A stretch of DNA of 64,000 nucleotides from an uncultured Candidatus Rokubacteria bacterium (GCA_963771355.1 CAVYTA010000006.1:1632001-1696000), one strand, 5' to 3'; positions 19,922 to 30,223 are shown, counted from the stretch's first letter. Numbers and translations: made by a program. Notes: a model not told the origin generated them from the sequence alone.

Positions 19922-22021
19922 TCAGGCCGCCTGGAGCCAGCCGATCACCCGTGCCCGCACCGCGGCGAGGGCGCGCTCCCAGGGGCGCGCATTGCGGACC
20001 ACGCGCGCCTCGTAAAACGAGGGGCAGAGCACGGCGGCGTGCGCGATCTCGCCGCAGAGGCCGCAGCCGACGCAGCTCTGGTCTACTCGCGCGACGGGGT
20101 CTGTGCGAAGAGGGTCGCCACTTTCGCCGAGCGTCAGCGAGGGGCACCCATTCAAGCGCATGCAGGACTTGTCCCCCGTGCACACGTCCGGATCGACGCC
20201 GAAGCGGGCCGAGTCCACCCGTCCGCCCGCCTTGAGCCGTGCGGCGATCTGGGGCTTGACCCGGCGCTGTCGTTCCAGCTGGCATTCCGCCTTCGCGATG
20301 ACGACCTTGAGCCCCCCCGCGGTGGTAGTCATCGCCTCGCGAATGGTCCGCAGGGTTCGGTCGAGCCGGTACGGGTTCACCACCCGCATCCAGCCCACGC
20401 CGAGGCTCCGGATGGTGTCGGTGATGGACATGCGCACCGTTTGCCCGCGCGGGTTCTTCCCCGTCGAGGGATTGGCCTGTTGCCCGGTGGCGGAGGTGTA
20501 GCCGTTCTCCAGGATCACGAGCACCGAGTCCTGCTGATTGAACACCGCCCCCGCCACGCCCGCGGTGAGGCCGGAATGCCAGAAGCCGCCGTCGCCCAGG
20601 ATGGACACCACGCGCTTTCCGAACGCGGGGGCCACCGCGCCCGCCGAGGCCAACCCCATTCCGTAGCCGAGAATGGTGTTTCCCATGTTGAAGGGCGGCA
20701 GGGTGGCAAAGGCGTGACAGCCGATGTCGGCGGCCACGTGGGTCTCGCCCAGCTCCCGCTGCGCGATCTTCAGCGCGGTGAACACCGGCCGTTCCGGGCA
20801 GCCCGTGCAGAAAGCGGGCGGCCGCTTGGGGAGCGGCGCGCGCAAGATCTCGCGGCCGCGCCCCACGTGCGCGGCCAGCGCGGCACGCCGCGTCTCCGCC
20901 TCGCCGCCGAGAAAGCGCGCCACGCCGCCGAGGATCACCTCGGGCACGTACTCGCCGTGCGCCGCCACGATGTCCTTGCCGTGGATGCGCACGTCCAGGC
21001 GGCGCTCGTAGGCGAGGGCCTTGAGCTCCTGCTCGATGAAGTTCGGCATCCCTTCCTCGATCACGAGCACGCGCGCCTTGCCCTCCACGAACCCGAGAAC
21101 CTCCTCCGGCACGAGCGGATGGATTACGTTCAGCACGAGCAGCGGGAGGCGGCTACGGCCGTAGGCGTCGGCCTGCCCGAGGAGCGCGAGGGCCCGGAGC
21201 ACGGTCGGCGTGAGCCCGCCCTGCAGAATGATGCCGATGTCGTCGCGCTCGCCGGGGATGATCTGGTTGAGCCCGCGGCTCCGGATGTACTCGCGGGCGG
21301 CGGGGAGCCGGCGCTCGAACTTCTGGACCTCCTGCGCGTACGTGGACGGCGGATGGCTGAGCCGCCCGTAGTCGAACGAGGGCGTCTGGAGCGGCTCGCG
21401 CATGCTGATGGCGGGCCGGACATTGTCCGCGCAGATCATGGTGCCGCGCATGTGGGCGGTGCGGATCCGCAGGCTCAGCACCGCGGGCAGGCTCGAGGCC
21501 TCCGACATCGCGAAGGCCTCCCCCACCATGGTGGCCAGGTTCTGCAGCGAGGGGCGCGGATCGAAGAGGAGCAGCGAGGACTTGAGCGCGAAGGCATGCG
21601 TGCGCTCCTGGATGACGCTCGCGCCCGCGCCGTAGTCCTCACCCACCACCACCAGCGCGCCGCCGATGACGCCCGCGGAGGCGAGATTCGAGAGCGCGTC
21701 CGCCGCCACGTTGGTGCCCACCACCGACTTCCAGGTCACCGCGCCGCGCATGGGGTAGTTGATGGAGGCCCCGAGCAGCGCCGCCGCCGCCGCCTCGTTG
21801 GCGGAGGCGTCGAAGTAGACGCCCATGGGCTTGAGCAGGGTCTCGTTGGCATCCGCCATCACGTCCAGCAGGTGGGAGACGGGGGCGCCCGGATAGCCGC
21901 CGACGTAGGAGACCCCGGACTGCAGCAGCGCCTTGGTGATGGCGAGGATCCCCTCCCCCCGCAGGATCTGACCGCGGCCGAGCGCGAGTTGCTTGACTTC
22001 GGCGGCGAACGACCGTTCCAT
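19922..22021 (-). CDS. iorA: Indolepyruvate:ferredoxin oxidoreductase alpha subunit (TPP, 4Fe-4S)
   Basis: GYPGAPVS, FCTGCPERP, DIGC, GDGGFWHSG and C-terminal CVGCGLC motifs. Confidence 0.9.
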   Translation of the reverse strand: MERSFAAEVKQLALGRGQILRGEGILAITKALLQSGVSYVGGYPGAPVSHLLDVMADANETLLKPMGVYFDASANEAAAAALLGASINYPMRGAVTWKSVVGTNVAADALSNLASAGVIGGALVVVGEDYGAGASVIQERTHAFALKSSLLLFDPRPSLQNLATMVGEAFAMSEASSLPAVLSLRIRTAHMRGTMICADNVRPAISMREPLQTPSFDYGRLSHPPSTYAQEVQKFERRLPAAREYIRSRGLNQIIPGERDDIGIILQGGLTPTVLRALALLGQADAYGRSRLPLLVLNVIHPLVPEEVLGFVEGKARVLVIEEGMPNFIEQELKALAYERRLDVRIHGKDIVAAHGEYVPEVILGGVARFLGGEAETRRAALAAHVGRGREILRAPLPKRPPAFCTGCPERPVFTALKIAQRELGETHVAADIGCHAFATLPPFNMGNTILGYGMGLASAGAVAPAFGKRVVSILGDGGFWHSGLTAGVAGAVFNQQDSVLVILENGYTSATGQQANPSTGKNPRGQTVRMSITDTIRSLGVGWMRVVNPYRLDRTLRTIREAMTTTAGGLKVVIAKAECQLERQRRVKPQIAARLKAGGRVDSARFGVDPDVCTGDKSCMRLNGCPSLTLGESGDPLRTDPVARVDQSCVGCGLCGEIAHAAVLCPSFYEARVVRNARPWERALAAVRARVIGWLQAA

Positions 22022-22079
22022 AGGGCTCTCTTTTACCACAGGCCAGCGCCCCGGGCCCCCCGGCCGGATGGAGACAGTC

Positions 22080-22892
22080 ATGGCGTACTTCACGACGACC
22101 GACGGCGTCCGCATCTACTACGAAGAGCACGGCAGCGGCGAGCCCCTGCTCCTCGCCTACGGCATCGGGGGCAACGCGGGCATGTGGCAGCCCAATGTGG
22201 CCGCCCTGGCCGCCCGGCGCCGCCTCATCCTGTGGGAGCCGCGGGGCCATGCGCGTTCGGACGCGCCCGCGGACCCCACCCGCGTCACCTTCGGCCACTG
22301 GGTGCTGGACCTCCACGATCTCCTGGACCACCTGGCCCTCGACCGCGCGGTGGTGGGCGGGCTATCCCTGGGCGGCGGGATCGCCACCCGGTTCGCGCTC
22401 AAGCACCCGGACCGGGTGCGGGCTCTCGTGGTGGTGGACTCGTCCTCGGCCGCCGGGCTGCCGCTCAGCGTGGACAACGTGGTGATGAGGGCCCGGAGCA
22501 TCCAGGTCGTGCTCGAGGGCGGCATGAATGCCATGGCGGAGTTCGCCATCGCGTCCAACCCCAACGTCTCCGGCCGGCTCAAGCTCGACCCCCGGGCCCG
22601 CGAGGAAGTTTTCGCGATGTACCGGATGCTCAAGCCGGTGGGCTATGCCAATGCCCTCCGCGCCTTGCTCCAGATGGACTACATCACCGAGCGCCTGCCG
22701 GAGATCGCCGGCCCCACCTTGCTGGTCTGCGGGGACGAGGATCCTTCGCTCGGGCCGATGCGCGTGATGGCGGAGAAGATCAAGCACGCGGAGTTCGAGC
22801 TGCTCTCGCCCGCCGGGCATTTCGCCAACCGCGATCAGCCGGAGGCGTTCAACCGGGTGGTCCTGGATTTCCTCGCCCGTCTCGGCGCCTGA
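22080..22892 (+). CDS. Alpha/beta hydrolase (enol-lactone hydrolase-like)
   Basis: GLSLGG nucleophile elbow, GDED and AGHF motifs. Start at 22068 or 22080. Confidence 0.88.
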   Translation: MAYFTTTDGVRIYYEEHGSGEPLLLAYGIGGNAGMWQPNVAALAARRRLILWEPRGHARSDAPADPTRVTFGHWVLDLHDLLDHLALDRAVVGGLSLGGGIATRFALKHPDRVRALVVVDSSSAAGLPLSVDNVVMRARSIQVVLEGGMNAMAEFAIASNPNVSGRLKLDPRAREEVFAMYRMLKPVGYANALRALLQMDYITERLPEIAGPTLLVCGDEDPSLGPMRVMAEKIKHAEFELLSPAGHFANRDQPEAFNRVVLDFLARLGA

Positions 22893-22935
22893 GACGAATT
22901 GTCCCGGGCATGAGGCCCGTGCCACAATCCCGGGC

Positions 22936-24123
22936 ATGAGGCGTCGCGCCCGCGCCGTGCTGGGAACGGCATCCGCCACCCACTTCGTCCACGACGGCTT
23001 CTCCGACATCATCTACGTCCTCCTGCCCATCTGGAGCGTGGAGTTCGGGCTCAGCTTCGCGCAGGTCGGGCTGCTCCGGACCTGCTACACGGGCGGGATG
23101 GCGTCCTTCCAGATCCCGGCCGGAATACTGGCCGAGCGCTGGGGCGAGGCCCGGCTGCTCGCTGCCGGGACGGCCATCACCGCGCTGGGCTTCATCGCGG
23201 CGGGAATGGCGGGGGGCTTCGTCGCCCTCCTCGCCTGTCTCCTCCTCGGCGGTCTCGGCTCCTCGGTCCAGCATCCGCTGTCCTCGTCACTCGTCTCGAA
23301 GGCCTACGAAGGCGGCGCGCGCCGCATGGCGCTCGGGACGTATAACTTCTCGGGCGATCTGGGGAAGGTGATCGTGCCTGCGGCGGTGGCGCTGGCCACC
23401 ACCTGGGTGGGCTGGCGGGAAGCCACGCGCGGCTACGCGGTGGTCGGGCTGGTCGCCGCGGTGCTCCTGCTGCTCGCGCTGGCCCGGCTCCGGGTCGGCG
23501 GCGCGGTGGCGACGGAGACGGGCACCGCCGATACCGCGCGCACCTCCGGGTGGGGCATCCGGGATCCGCGCGGCTTCACCGCGCTATCCGCCGTCCACGT
23601 CATCGACAATTCCACGCGCACGGCGTTTCTCACCTTCCTGCCCTTTCTCCTCATCGCCAAGGGCTCCTCGGTGCAGGCGGTGGGCGTGGCGCTCATGCTC
23701 GTCTTCGCGGGCGGCGCGGCGGGCAAGCTCGCCTGTGGCGCGCTGGCAGAGCGGCTGGGGGTGATCCGCACCGTGGTCCTCACCGAGACCGCCACCGGGA
23801 TCGGCATCCTGCTCCTGCTCGCCCTGCCGCTCAATGCCTGCCTGCTGCTCCTGCCGCTGCTCGGCATTGCGCTCAATGGCACGTCATCCGTCCTGTACGG
23901 GACGGTGGCGGATCTCGTGTCCAGCGGCAAGCGGGCTCGCAGCTACGCCCTGTTCTACACGGTCGGGGTCAGCGCCTCGGCGCTGTCCCCCTTCGTGTAC
24001 GGCCTGCTCAGCGACTGGCGGGGGGTGCCCGTGACGCTGGCCACCATTGGCGTCCTCGTCTTCACCACCCTGCCACTGACTCTCGCCCTTCGCACTCCAC
24101 TGGAAGCCGCGAGCCCCGCCTAG
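22936..24123 (+). CDS. MFS transporter (FSR-like)
   Basis: HFVHDG and GSSVQHP motifs, about 12 TM segments. Confidence 0.9.
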   Translation: MRRRARAVLGTASATHFVHDGFSDIIYVLLPIWSVEFGLSFAQVGLLRTCYTGGMASFQIPAGILAERWGEARLLAAGTAITALGFIAAGMAGGFVALLACLLLGGLGSSVQHPLSSSLVSKAYEGGARRMALGTYNFSGDLGKVIVPAAVALATTWVGWREATRGYAVVGLVAAVLLLLALARLRVGGAVATETGTADTARTSGWGIRDPRGFTALSAVHVIDNSTRTAFLTFLPFLLIAKGSSVQAVGVALMLVFAGGAAGKLACGALAERLGVIRTVVLTETATGIGILLLLALPLNACLLLLPLLGIALNGTSSVLYGTVADLVSSGKRARSYALFYTVGVSASALSPFVYGLLSDWRGVPVTLATIGVLVFTTLPLTLALRTPLEAASPA

Positions 24124-24728
24124 CCGGGCGCGGCCACCGAGGGCACCGAGACGCGCTCGGACACCGTCCGGCGCTCGGGCCCGGCCAGCCAGCTGAAGCT
24201 GAGACGTCCATCGGGATCGAAGCGCAGGGCCGTCACCGCGGCGCGGACGTCGAGCCCGGGCGCCCACGGCCGCTCGATGCGCGTCACCGGACGACCGCTG
24301 AAGATCTGGCGCACCACCAGCACGCCCTCCTCCGCGGCCGCGAAGAGCGAGCGCCGGACGTCGACCTCGAGGACCCCGGCCCGCGCGCCGGAGATGCGCT
24401 GGCGGCGCACCTCGAAGAAGTAGCTGAGGGTGCCGGCGGGCGCCACGTCAAAGCGCGCCTCCCCGAGGGTCGCGCTGTGCCACCGCACCGTCGGCCGGGG
24501 GAACGTGTCCCGCCCCGGCGGCGGGGCGAACCAAGTGGGCGTCTCCGGCGGGCCGTGGTAGGCGCCGACGCGGCAGCGCGTGTCCGTCTCGCACACGGCG
24601 ACGATCCCGGCGCTGGGCAGGAGCGAGCGATACAGGCATCGCGAGGGGCCATCGCCACCGGCCCCCGCGCACTCCCCGGCTCCCGGATCGGCGGCCCCGA
24701 CCCCTCCTCCGGAGAGAAGCGAGGCCAC
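24120..24728 (-). CDS. Hypothetical (possibly secreted) protein; start uncertain
   Basis: Fills the gap between coxG and the MFS gene, with a Cys-containing N-region. Confidence 0.55.
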   Translation of the reverse strand: MASLLSGGGVGAADPGAGECAGAGGDGPSRCLYRSLLPSAGIVAVCETDTRCRVGAYHGPPETPTWFAPPPGRDTFPRPTVRWHSATLGEARFDVAPAGTLSYFFEVRRQRISGARAGVLEVDVRRSLFAAAEEGVLVVRQIFSGRPVTRIERPWAPGLDVRAAVTALRFDPDGRLSFSWLAGPERRTVSERVSVPSVAAPG

Positions 24729-24770
24729 CAGGGCGAGCCCAATCCAAAGAACGCTAATCGCGGGCCTGCC

Positions 24771-25217
24771 TCATTTCTTCTCGGCCAGGAGCTCGGACAT
24801 CCGGGTGAAGAACTGATCCAGCATCATCTTCGAGACTCCGCCCAGCATCCGCTGCCCGACACTCGCGATCAGGCCGCCCACCTGCACGTCGGCATCGTAG
24901 CTCACCCGCGTGGTACCGGGGTCGACCGACGACAGCGACATGGTCGCCTCACCCTTGACGAACCCCGGACCGCCCTTCCCTTCCATCGACATCCGGTACC
25001 GGTTGGGCGGCTCGAGGTCCATGAGCTTCACCTTGCCCTCGAAGGTGCCCTTGATGGCGGCCACGCCGACCTTCATGACTGCCTTGTACTCGCCCGGTCC
25101 GATCTCCTCGAGGCCCTCGCAGCCCGGGATGGCCTTGGCAAGCGTGGCCGGGTCCTGGAAGGCCGTCCACACCTTGTCTTGCGGAGCGGGAATCTCGTTC
25201 GCCCCCTCGATCTTCAT
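24771..25217 (-). CDS. CoxG/SRPBCC family protein
   Basis: DPATLAKAIPGCE and GGLIASVGQRML motifs. Confidence 0.88.
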   Translation of the reverse strand: MKIEGANEIPAPQDKVWTAFQDPATLAKAIPGCEGLEEIGPGEYKAVMKVGVAAIKGTFEGKVKLMDLEPPNRYRMSMEGKGGPGFVKGEATMSLSSVDPGTTRVSYDADVQVGGLIASVGQRMLGGVSKMMLDQFFTRMSELLAEKK

Positions 25218-26407
25218 GGATGAACCAGCCCTCGCACAGACGCATCCATGCGGCGCATGCCCTCGCGAATCGTCTCGAGCCCGGTGGCGTAGGAGATACG
25301 GATGTGATCGTCGGAGCCGAAGTCCACCCCGGCCACGCAGGCGATGCGCGCGTCCTCCAGGAGGAACGCGCAGACGTCGGCCGAGCCCCGGATCACGCCG
25401 CCCTTCCAGCGCTTGCCGAAGAGGCCGGAGACGTTGGGAAATGCGTAGAAGGCGCCCTTGGCGTTGGTGCAACGGACGCCCGGTACGGCGTTCAGCGCGT
25501 CGATGATGAAGCGGCGCCGCCGATCGAACTCGCCGACCATCTTGGCGATCTCGTCCTGCGGGCCGGTGAGCGCCTCCACCGCGGCCCACTGCGCGATGGA
25601 CGCAGGATTCGACGTGACCTGGCTCTGGATGTCCGTCATCGCCCGGACGATCTCCTTCGGCCCGGCGGCATAGCCGATGCGCCAGCCGGTCATCGCGTAG
25701 GCCTTGGAGCAGGTGTTGACGAGCAGCGTGCGGGCCTTGATCTCCGGCGACAGCGAGGCGATGGAGACGTGCCGGCCCTCGTAGGTGAGGGCCTCGTAGC
25801 ACTCGTCGGACACCACCCAGAGGCCGTGCTCGAGCGCGATCTTGGCCACGGCCTGCAGCGCCGAGGGGGAGAACACCGCGCCGGTCGGATTGCCGGGACT
25901 GTCCAGGATGATGAGCTTGGTGCGCGCAGTCACCGCGCGCGCCACCGCCGCCGGATCGAGGTCGAAGCCGGTGGACTCATGCGTCGGCACCGGCACCGGC
26001 ACGCCGCCCAGCAGCCGCACCTGCTCCGGGTACGAGACCCAGTAGGGGCTGGGGATGAGCACCTCGTCGCCCGGATTCACCAGCGCCATCACGATGTTGT
26101 AGAGGGTGTGCTTGGCCCCGCAGGAGACGGTGACCTCGTCGGGCGCGTACTCGAGCCCGTGGTCGCGCTTGAGCTTGTGGCAGACGGCGGCGCGCAGCTC
26201 CGCGATGCCGCCGACCTCCGTGTACTTGGTCTGCCCTTTGTCGAGCGCGCGCACCGCCGCGTCCTTGATGTGCTTCGGCGTGTCGAAGTCCGGCTCGCCC
26301 ACGCTGAACGAGATCACGTCGATGCCCTGCGCGCGCATGGCGCGGGCCTTGGCGTTCATGGCGAGAGTGGCGGAGGGAACCAGGGTCTTCAAGCGGTCGG
26401 CGAGCAT
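25214..26407 (-). CDS. aspC: Aspartate aminotransferase (class I PLP)
   Basis: GEPDFDTP, PYWVSY, SDECY and SKAYAMTGWRIG motifs. Confidence 0.9.
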   Translation of the reverse strand: MLADRLKTLVPSATLAMNAKARAMRAQGIDVISFSVGEPDFDTPKHIKDAAVRALDKGQTKYTEVGGIAELRAAVCHKLKRDHGLEYAPDEVTVSCGAKHTLYNIVMALVNPGDEVLIPSPYWVSYPEQVRLLGGVPVPVPTHESTGFDLDPAAVARAVTARTKLIILDSPGNPTGAVFSPSALQAVAKIALEHGLWVVSDECYEALTYEGRHVSIASLSPEIKARTLLVNTCSKAYAMTGWRIGYAAGPKEIVRAMTDIQSQVTSNPASIAQWAAVEALTGPQDEIAKMVGEFDRRRRFIIDALNAVPGVRCTNAKGAFYAFPNVSGLFGKRWKGGVIRGSADVCAFLLEDARIACVAGVDFGSDDHIRISYATGLETIREGMRRMDASVRGLVHP

Positions 26408-26414
26408 GGGTGCC

Positions 26415-26909
26415 CTACTTTCTGACGGACTTGGCGAATTTCTCGCTCAGGCGCGCCTCCACCACGGGAGGCACCAGGCCGGTGACCGGCGCGCCCAGCG
26501 AGGCGACCTCCTTGATGAGGCGGGACGAGATATAGGTGTACCGCTCGTGCGGCATCATGAACACCGTCTCCACGGTCCCGCGGAGCTTCCGGTTCATGAG
26601 GGCCATCTGGAACTCGTACTCGAAATCGGACACCGCGCGAATGCCGCGGACGATGCAGTCGGCGCCCTCACGGTCGACGAGGTCGATGAGGAGCCCGTCG
26701 AAGGAGGTGATGCGCATGTGGGTGAGCCCGTGGGTGGCCTCGTCGATGAGCTCGAGCCGCTCCTTGACGCTGAACAGCGGCTCCTTGGACGGGTTGGCCA
26801 CCACGGCGACGATGAGCTCGTCGAAGATGCGCAGGCTCCGCTCGATCAGATCGAGATGGCCGTTGTGCATCGGGTCGAACATGCCCGGATAAACCGCCCG
26901 CTTGCCCAC
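26415..26909 (-). CDS. coaD: Phosphopantetheine adenylyltransferase
   Basis: YPGMFDPMHNGH and RGIRAVSDFEYEFQMA motifs. Confidence 0.97.
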   Translation of the reverse strand: MGKRAVYPGMFDPMHNGHLDLIERSLRIFDELIVAVVANPSKEPLFSVKERLELIDEATHGLTHMRITSFDGLLIDLVDREGADCIVRGIRAVSDFEYEFQMALMNRKLRGTVETVFMMPHERYTYISSRLIKEVASLGAPVTGLVPPVVEARLSEKFAKSVRK

Positions 26910-26958
26910 GGAGAACCCCCGTCAAGTGCCTGGAAGTGTGGAAAAAGCCCGGGTGAGT

Positions 26959-27513
26959 TTAGTCAGGGGCGCGAAAGAAAGTCAAGGTGGTCTCCCCGAA
27001 GCGGCGCGCCTTCCAGAGCGTCAGCACGCCCGGAGAGGCGGGCGGCGGCGTCTTGGTGCCGTGCTGGACCACCACCAGCGCGCCGGGGAGCAGCACGCCA
27101 CCCTCCGCGAGCGCGCCGAGCGCGGGCGCGGCGCGCGGCGAGTCGTACGGCGGGTCCGCGAAGGCCACCGCGAACCGCTCGCCGGCGCCACCCAGACGCA
27201 CCACCGCACGCGCGGCATCGTCGCGCATCACTCGCGCGCGGTCCCGGAGACTCAGGCGCTCGACATTGTCGCGCAGGGCACGAAGGGCCATGGCGTCCTG
27301 CTCCACGAACACCGCGGCGGGCGCACCCCGCGAGAGAGCCTCGATACCGACGCCGCCCGCGCCCGCGAAGAGGTCGAGGAAGGCGCCGGCCTCGAGGTAC
27401 GGCATGAGGGTGTCCAGACAGGCGATGCGCACCTGGTCGGCGGTGGGGCGAGTCGTCCGCCCCTTGGGCGTGGCCAGGCGCTGCCCCTTGAAGACGCCGG
27501 CAATGACGCGCAT
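26959..27513 (-). CDS. rsmD: 16S rRNA m2G966 methyltransferase
   Basis: MRVIAG, TRPT, LDLFAGAG, EALSRGA and DPPY motifs. Confidence 0.95.
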   Translation of the reverse strand: MRVIAGVFKGQRLATPKGRTTRPTADQVRIACLDTLMPYLEAGAFLDLFAGAGGVGIEALSRGAPAAVFVEQDAMALRALRDNVERLSLRDRARVMRDDAARAVVRLGGAGERFAVAFADPPYDSPRAAPALGALAEGGVLLPGALVVVQHGTKTPPPASPGVLTLWKARRFGETTLTFFRAPD

Positions 27514-29642
27514 CAGCCCACGCTCGCGAGATCGAGCTTGCCGCGCCAGCGGGCGAGGAGCGCCGTCCGCAGGGCCCGATGCTCGGGCCGGGCCAGCTCG
27601 GGATCCGTCGCCACCAGGGCGAAGGCGTCTCCCCGCGCTTCCTCGAGGAGGACGCCGTCGCGGAGGAGATCGGCCACGCGAAAGGCGGGCAGGCCGGACT
27701 GCCGCGTGCCGAAGAAGTCGCCGGGACCGCGGATGCCGAGATCCGCCTCCGCGATGCGAAAGCCGTCGCCGGTCTCTTCCATCGCCGCCAGCCGTCGGCG
27801 GGCGTCCTCGGAGGCGCCCTGGCTCATGAGGATGCAGTAGCTCTTCCACTCCCCTCGCCCCACCCGCCCCCGCAGCTGATGCAGCTGGGAGAGGCCGAAG
27901 CGCTCCGCGTGCTCGATGACCATGACGCTGGCATTGGGCACGTCGATTCCCACCTCGATGACGGTGGTGGAAACGAGCAGATGAATGGCGCCGCGCCGGA
28001 AGTCCGCCATTACCGCGTCCTTGTCCGCGAAGCTCATGCGCCCGTGGAGCAGGCCCACCTGGAACTCCGGGAACACCTCCGCCCGCAGCCGCTCCGCCAT
28101 CGCGGTGGCGGCGCGCAGGTCGAGCACCTCGGACTCCTCGACCAGTGGATAGACAACGTAGACCTGGCGGCCCGCCTGCATCTCGGCGCGGAGAAAGTCG
28201 TAGACGCGCGGCCGACCCTTCTCGTCGCGGATACCGGTGACGATGCGCTGCCGGCCCGGCGGCATCTCGTCCAGCACCGACACGTCGAGGTCGCCGTAGA
28301 GGGTCAGGGCGAGCGTGCGGGGGATGGGCGTCGCCGTCATGACGAGCACGTCCGGCGTCTCCCCCTTGCCCCGCAGCGTGGCGCGCTGCACGACGCCGAA
28401 GCGATGCTGCTCGTCCACCACCGCCAGCCCCAGGCGCTTGAAGCCCACTGCCTTCTGGACGAGTGCGTGGGTGCCGACCACGCAGCCCACCGCCCCCGCC
28501 CGTAGCGCCTCCAGCCGCTCGCGGCGGGCCTTGCCGCGCGTGGCGTTGGTCAGGAGGGTCACGGTGAGGCCGAGCGGCGCCAGGATCCGATCCAGGGTCA
28601 GCGCGTGCTGCTCGGCGAGGATCTCGGTGGGCGCCATGAGGGCGGCCTGATAGCCGGCCTCGATCGCGGTGACGATGGCCAGGCAGGCCACCACGGTCTT
28701 GCCCGAGCCCACGTCGCCCTGAAGGAGCCGGTTCATCGGGAAGGGCGCCGCCATGTCCGCTCGGATCTCCTTCCACACTCGCTCCTGGGCGGCGGTGAGC
28801 GAGTACGGCAGGGCCGCCTGCAGGCGCCGGGCGAGGTCGCCGGCGGGCCGGATCGCCAGCCCGGGCCGACGTCCCTCCCGGCGGCGGCGGATGGCGAGCC
28901 CCAGCTCCAGGAGGAAGAAATCGTCGAAGACCAGGCGCCGCATGCCCGCCACGCGCTCGGCCTCGGTGGCGGGAAAATGTCCGGCGCGCAGCGCCTCGCC
29001 GATGGGGAGGAGCCGGCGGCGCGCGCGGATGGGCTCCGGCAGGGACTCGGGCAGGGCGCCGGCATGGGCATCGACGAGCCGCTTGAGCAGGGTGCGGAGG
29101 GGCCGCTGGGGAAGTCCGCCGGTGAGCGGATACACGGGCACCAGCCGGCCGGTATGGATCGTCTCGTCCTCGGCATCCTCGACGATCTCGTAGTCCTCGA
29201 CGCGCATCTCCAGCGCGCCGCTGCCGCGGTTCGGGGGCTGTATCTTGCCGTGGACGATGAGGCGCTGACCGCGCGCGAAGACCCGCGCGAGATAGGGCTG
29301 GCGGAACCAGACCGCCCGGAGGAACCCCGTCGCGTCCCTCAGGGTGACGAAGAGCGGGACCTGCGGCCGGCCGCGCGGGGGCGGGCTCACGCCCGCGATG
29401 GTGCCCGCGCAGGTTCGCGGCTCGGGGCCCACCGCCAGCCGGCCCAGGGGCGTGAGCCGGCTACGATCCTCGTGACGGCGGGGGAGGTGCAGGAGGGCGT
29501 CGGCCACTGTGGTCAGCCCCAGCTTTTCCAGGAGCTTGGCGCGCTGGGGCCCCACGCCCTTGACGAACTGGAGCGGGGTGTCGATGCCGGTCGGCCCCTC
29601 CGCGGGCGCGGACGGGGGGGCTACCGGGCGCTGCCGCCTCAT
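27513..29642 (-). CDS. recG: ATP-dependent DNA helicase RecG
   Basis: RLLQGDVGSGKT, DEQHRFG, MTATPIPRT and QLRGRVGR motifs. Confidence 0.97.
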   Translation of the reverse strand: MRRQRPVAPPSAPAEGPTGIDTPLQFVKGVGPQRAKLLEKLGLTTVADALLHLPRRHEDRSRLTPLGRLAVGPEPRTCAGTIAGVSPPPRGRPQVPLFVTLRDATGFLRAVWFRQPYLARVFARGQRLIVHGKIQPPNRGSGALEMRVEDYEIVEDAEDETIHTGRLVPVYPLTGGLPQRPLRTLLKRLVDAHAGALPESLPEPIRARRRLLPIGEALRAGHFPATEAERVAGMRRLVFDDFFLLELGLAIRRRREGRRPGLAIRPAGDLARRLQAALPYSLTAAQERVWKEIRADMAAPFPMNRLLQGDVGSGKTVVACLAIVTAIEAGYQAALMAPTEILAEQHALTLDRILAPLGLTVTLLTNATRGKARRERLEALRAGAVGCVVGTHALVQKAVGFKRLGLAVVDEQHRFGVVQRATLRGKGETPDVLVMTATPIPRTLALTLYGDLDVSVLDEMPPGRQRIVTGIRDEKGRPRVYDFLRAEMQAGRQVYVVYPLVEESEVLDLRAATAMAERLRAEVFPEFQVGLLHGRMSFADKDAVMADFRRGAIHLLVSTTVIEVGIDVPNASVMVIEHAERFGLSQLHQLRGRVGRGEWKSYCILMSQGASEDARRRLAAMEETGDGFRIAEADLGIRGPGDFFGTRQSGLPAFRVADLLRDGVLLEEARGDAFALVATDPELARPEHRALRTALLARWRGKLDLASVG

Positions 29643-29744
29643 GGCCAATCGGTTGCCTCGCTCTCGGCCCCCATGCTATAAAAAGGGCGCCCCATCCGAC
29701 AACCTCGTCGGGACCCTGTCCGTCGCCACTACGAAGGAGCCGGT

Positions 29745-29936
29745 ATGTCTCAGCGCTGCGATGTCTGCGGGAAAGGCCCCGCCGTCGGCCACAAGATCAG
29801 CCATGCGCACAATGTCAGCTCCCGTCGCTGGTTGCCGAATCTCGTGAACATGCGCGCGCTCGTGAGCGGACGCGCCCAGCGCCTGCGCGTGTGCACCCGG
29901 TGCCTCAAGGCCGGCAAGGTAACCAAGGTCGTCTAG
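29745..29936 (+). CDS. rpmB: 50S ribosomal protein L28 (Zn-binding form)
   Basis: CDVCGK...SHAHN..RRWLPN..VCTRC, with an AAGGAG RBS. Confidence 0.96.
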   Translation: MSQRCDVCGKGPAVGHKISHAHNVSSRRWLPNLVNMRALVSGRAQRLRVCTRCLKAGKVTKVV

Positions 29937-29940
29937 ACAC

Positions 29941-29967
29941 GAAAACGGGGGGCGAGCCGCCCCCCGT
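29941..29967 (-). terminator. Intrinsic terminator-like hairpin between convergent units
   Basis: 10-bp stem ACGGGGGGCG-agc-CGCCCCCCGT (29945-29967), followed by a T-run on the minus strand. Confidence 0.7.
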
Positions 29968-30048
29968 CTCCGCCGATCTCAGCATAGGAAGTAAGGTAAG
30001 AGTCCCGGTGGGAGGCCGCCACCCCCCACCGCTCAGCACGAAGCAAAC

Positions 30049-30087
30049 TTACTTCTTCTTCTTCTTGGCCGCCTTCTTCTTCGCCAT
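30049..30087 (-). CDS. 12-aa Lys-rich micropeptide MAKKKAAKKKKK
   Basis: ATG preceded by AAAGGAGGTGA (near-perfect anti-SD complement). All Lys codons are AAG. TAA stop. Confidence 0.7.
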   Translation of the reverse strand: MAKKKAAKKKKK

Positions 30088-30127
30088 GAGAGCGTCACCT
30101 CCTTTCGTGTGCGTTCCTCGGTGGTCC

Positions 30128-30196
30128 TTACTTGCGCTTCCCCTTCTTCGCCGCCTTCTTCTTTCCGCCCTTCTTCGCGGCCTTGCGCTTTTTCAT
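30128..30196 (-). CDS. 22-aa Lys-rich micropeptide MKKRKAAKKGGKKKAAKKGKRK
   Basis: ATG preceded by AGAGGGGGTGA RBS. Histone-H1-like composition. TAA stop. Confidence 0.7.
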   Translation of the reverse strand: MKKRKAAKKGGKKKAAKKGKRK

Positions 30197-30223
30197 GGTT
30201 GGGCTCACCCCCTCTCGACTACC

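Noticed and set aside
19871..22939. Very long ORFs antisense to real genes (e.g. 19871-22939 +, 60273-63137 +, 11139-13151 +, 55563-57686 -)
   Set aside because: Shadow ORFs expected in high-GC DNA. They are R/G/A/P-rich with no motifs and lie opposite well-supported genes.
30049..30196. CTT/AAG microsatellite or low-complexity noise
   Set aside because: The repeats sit exactly in frame between ATG and TAA behind strong RBSs, so they are better explained as coding.
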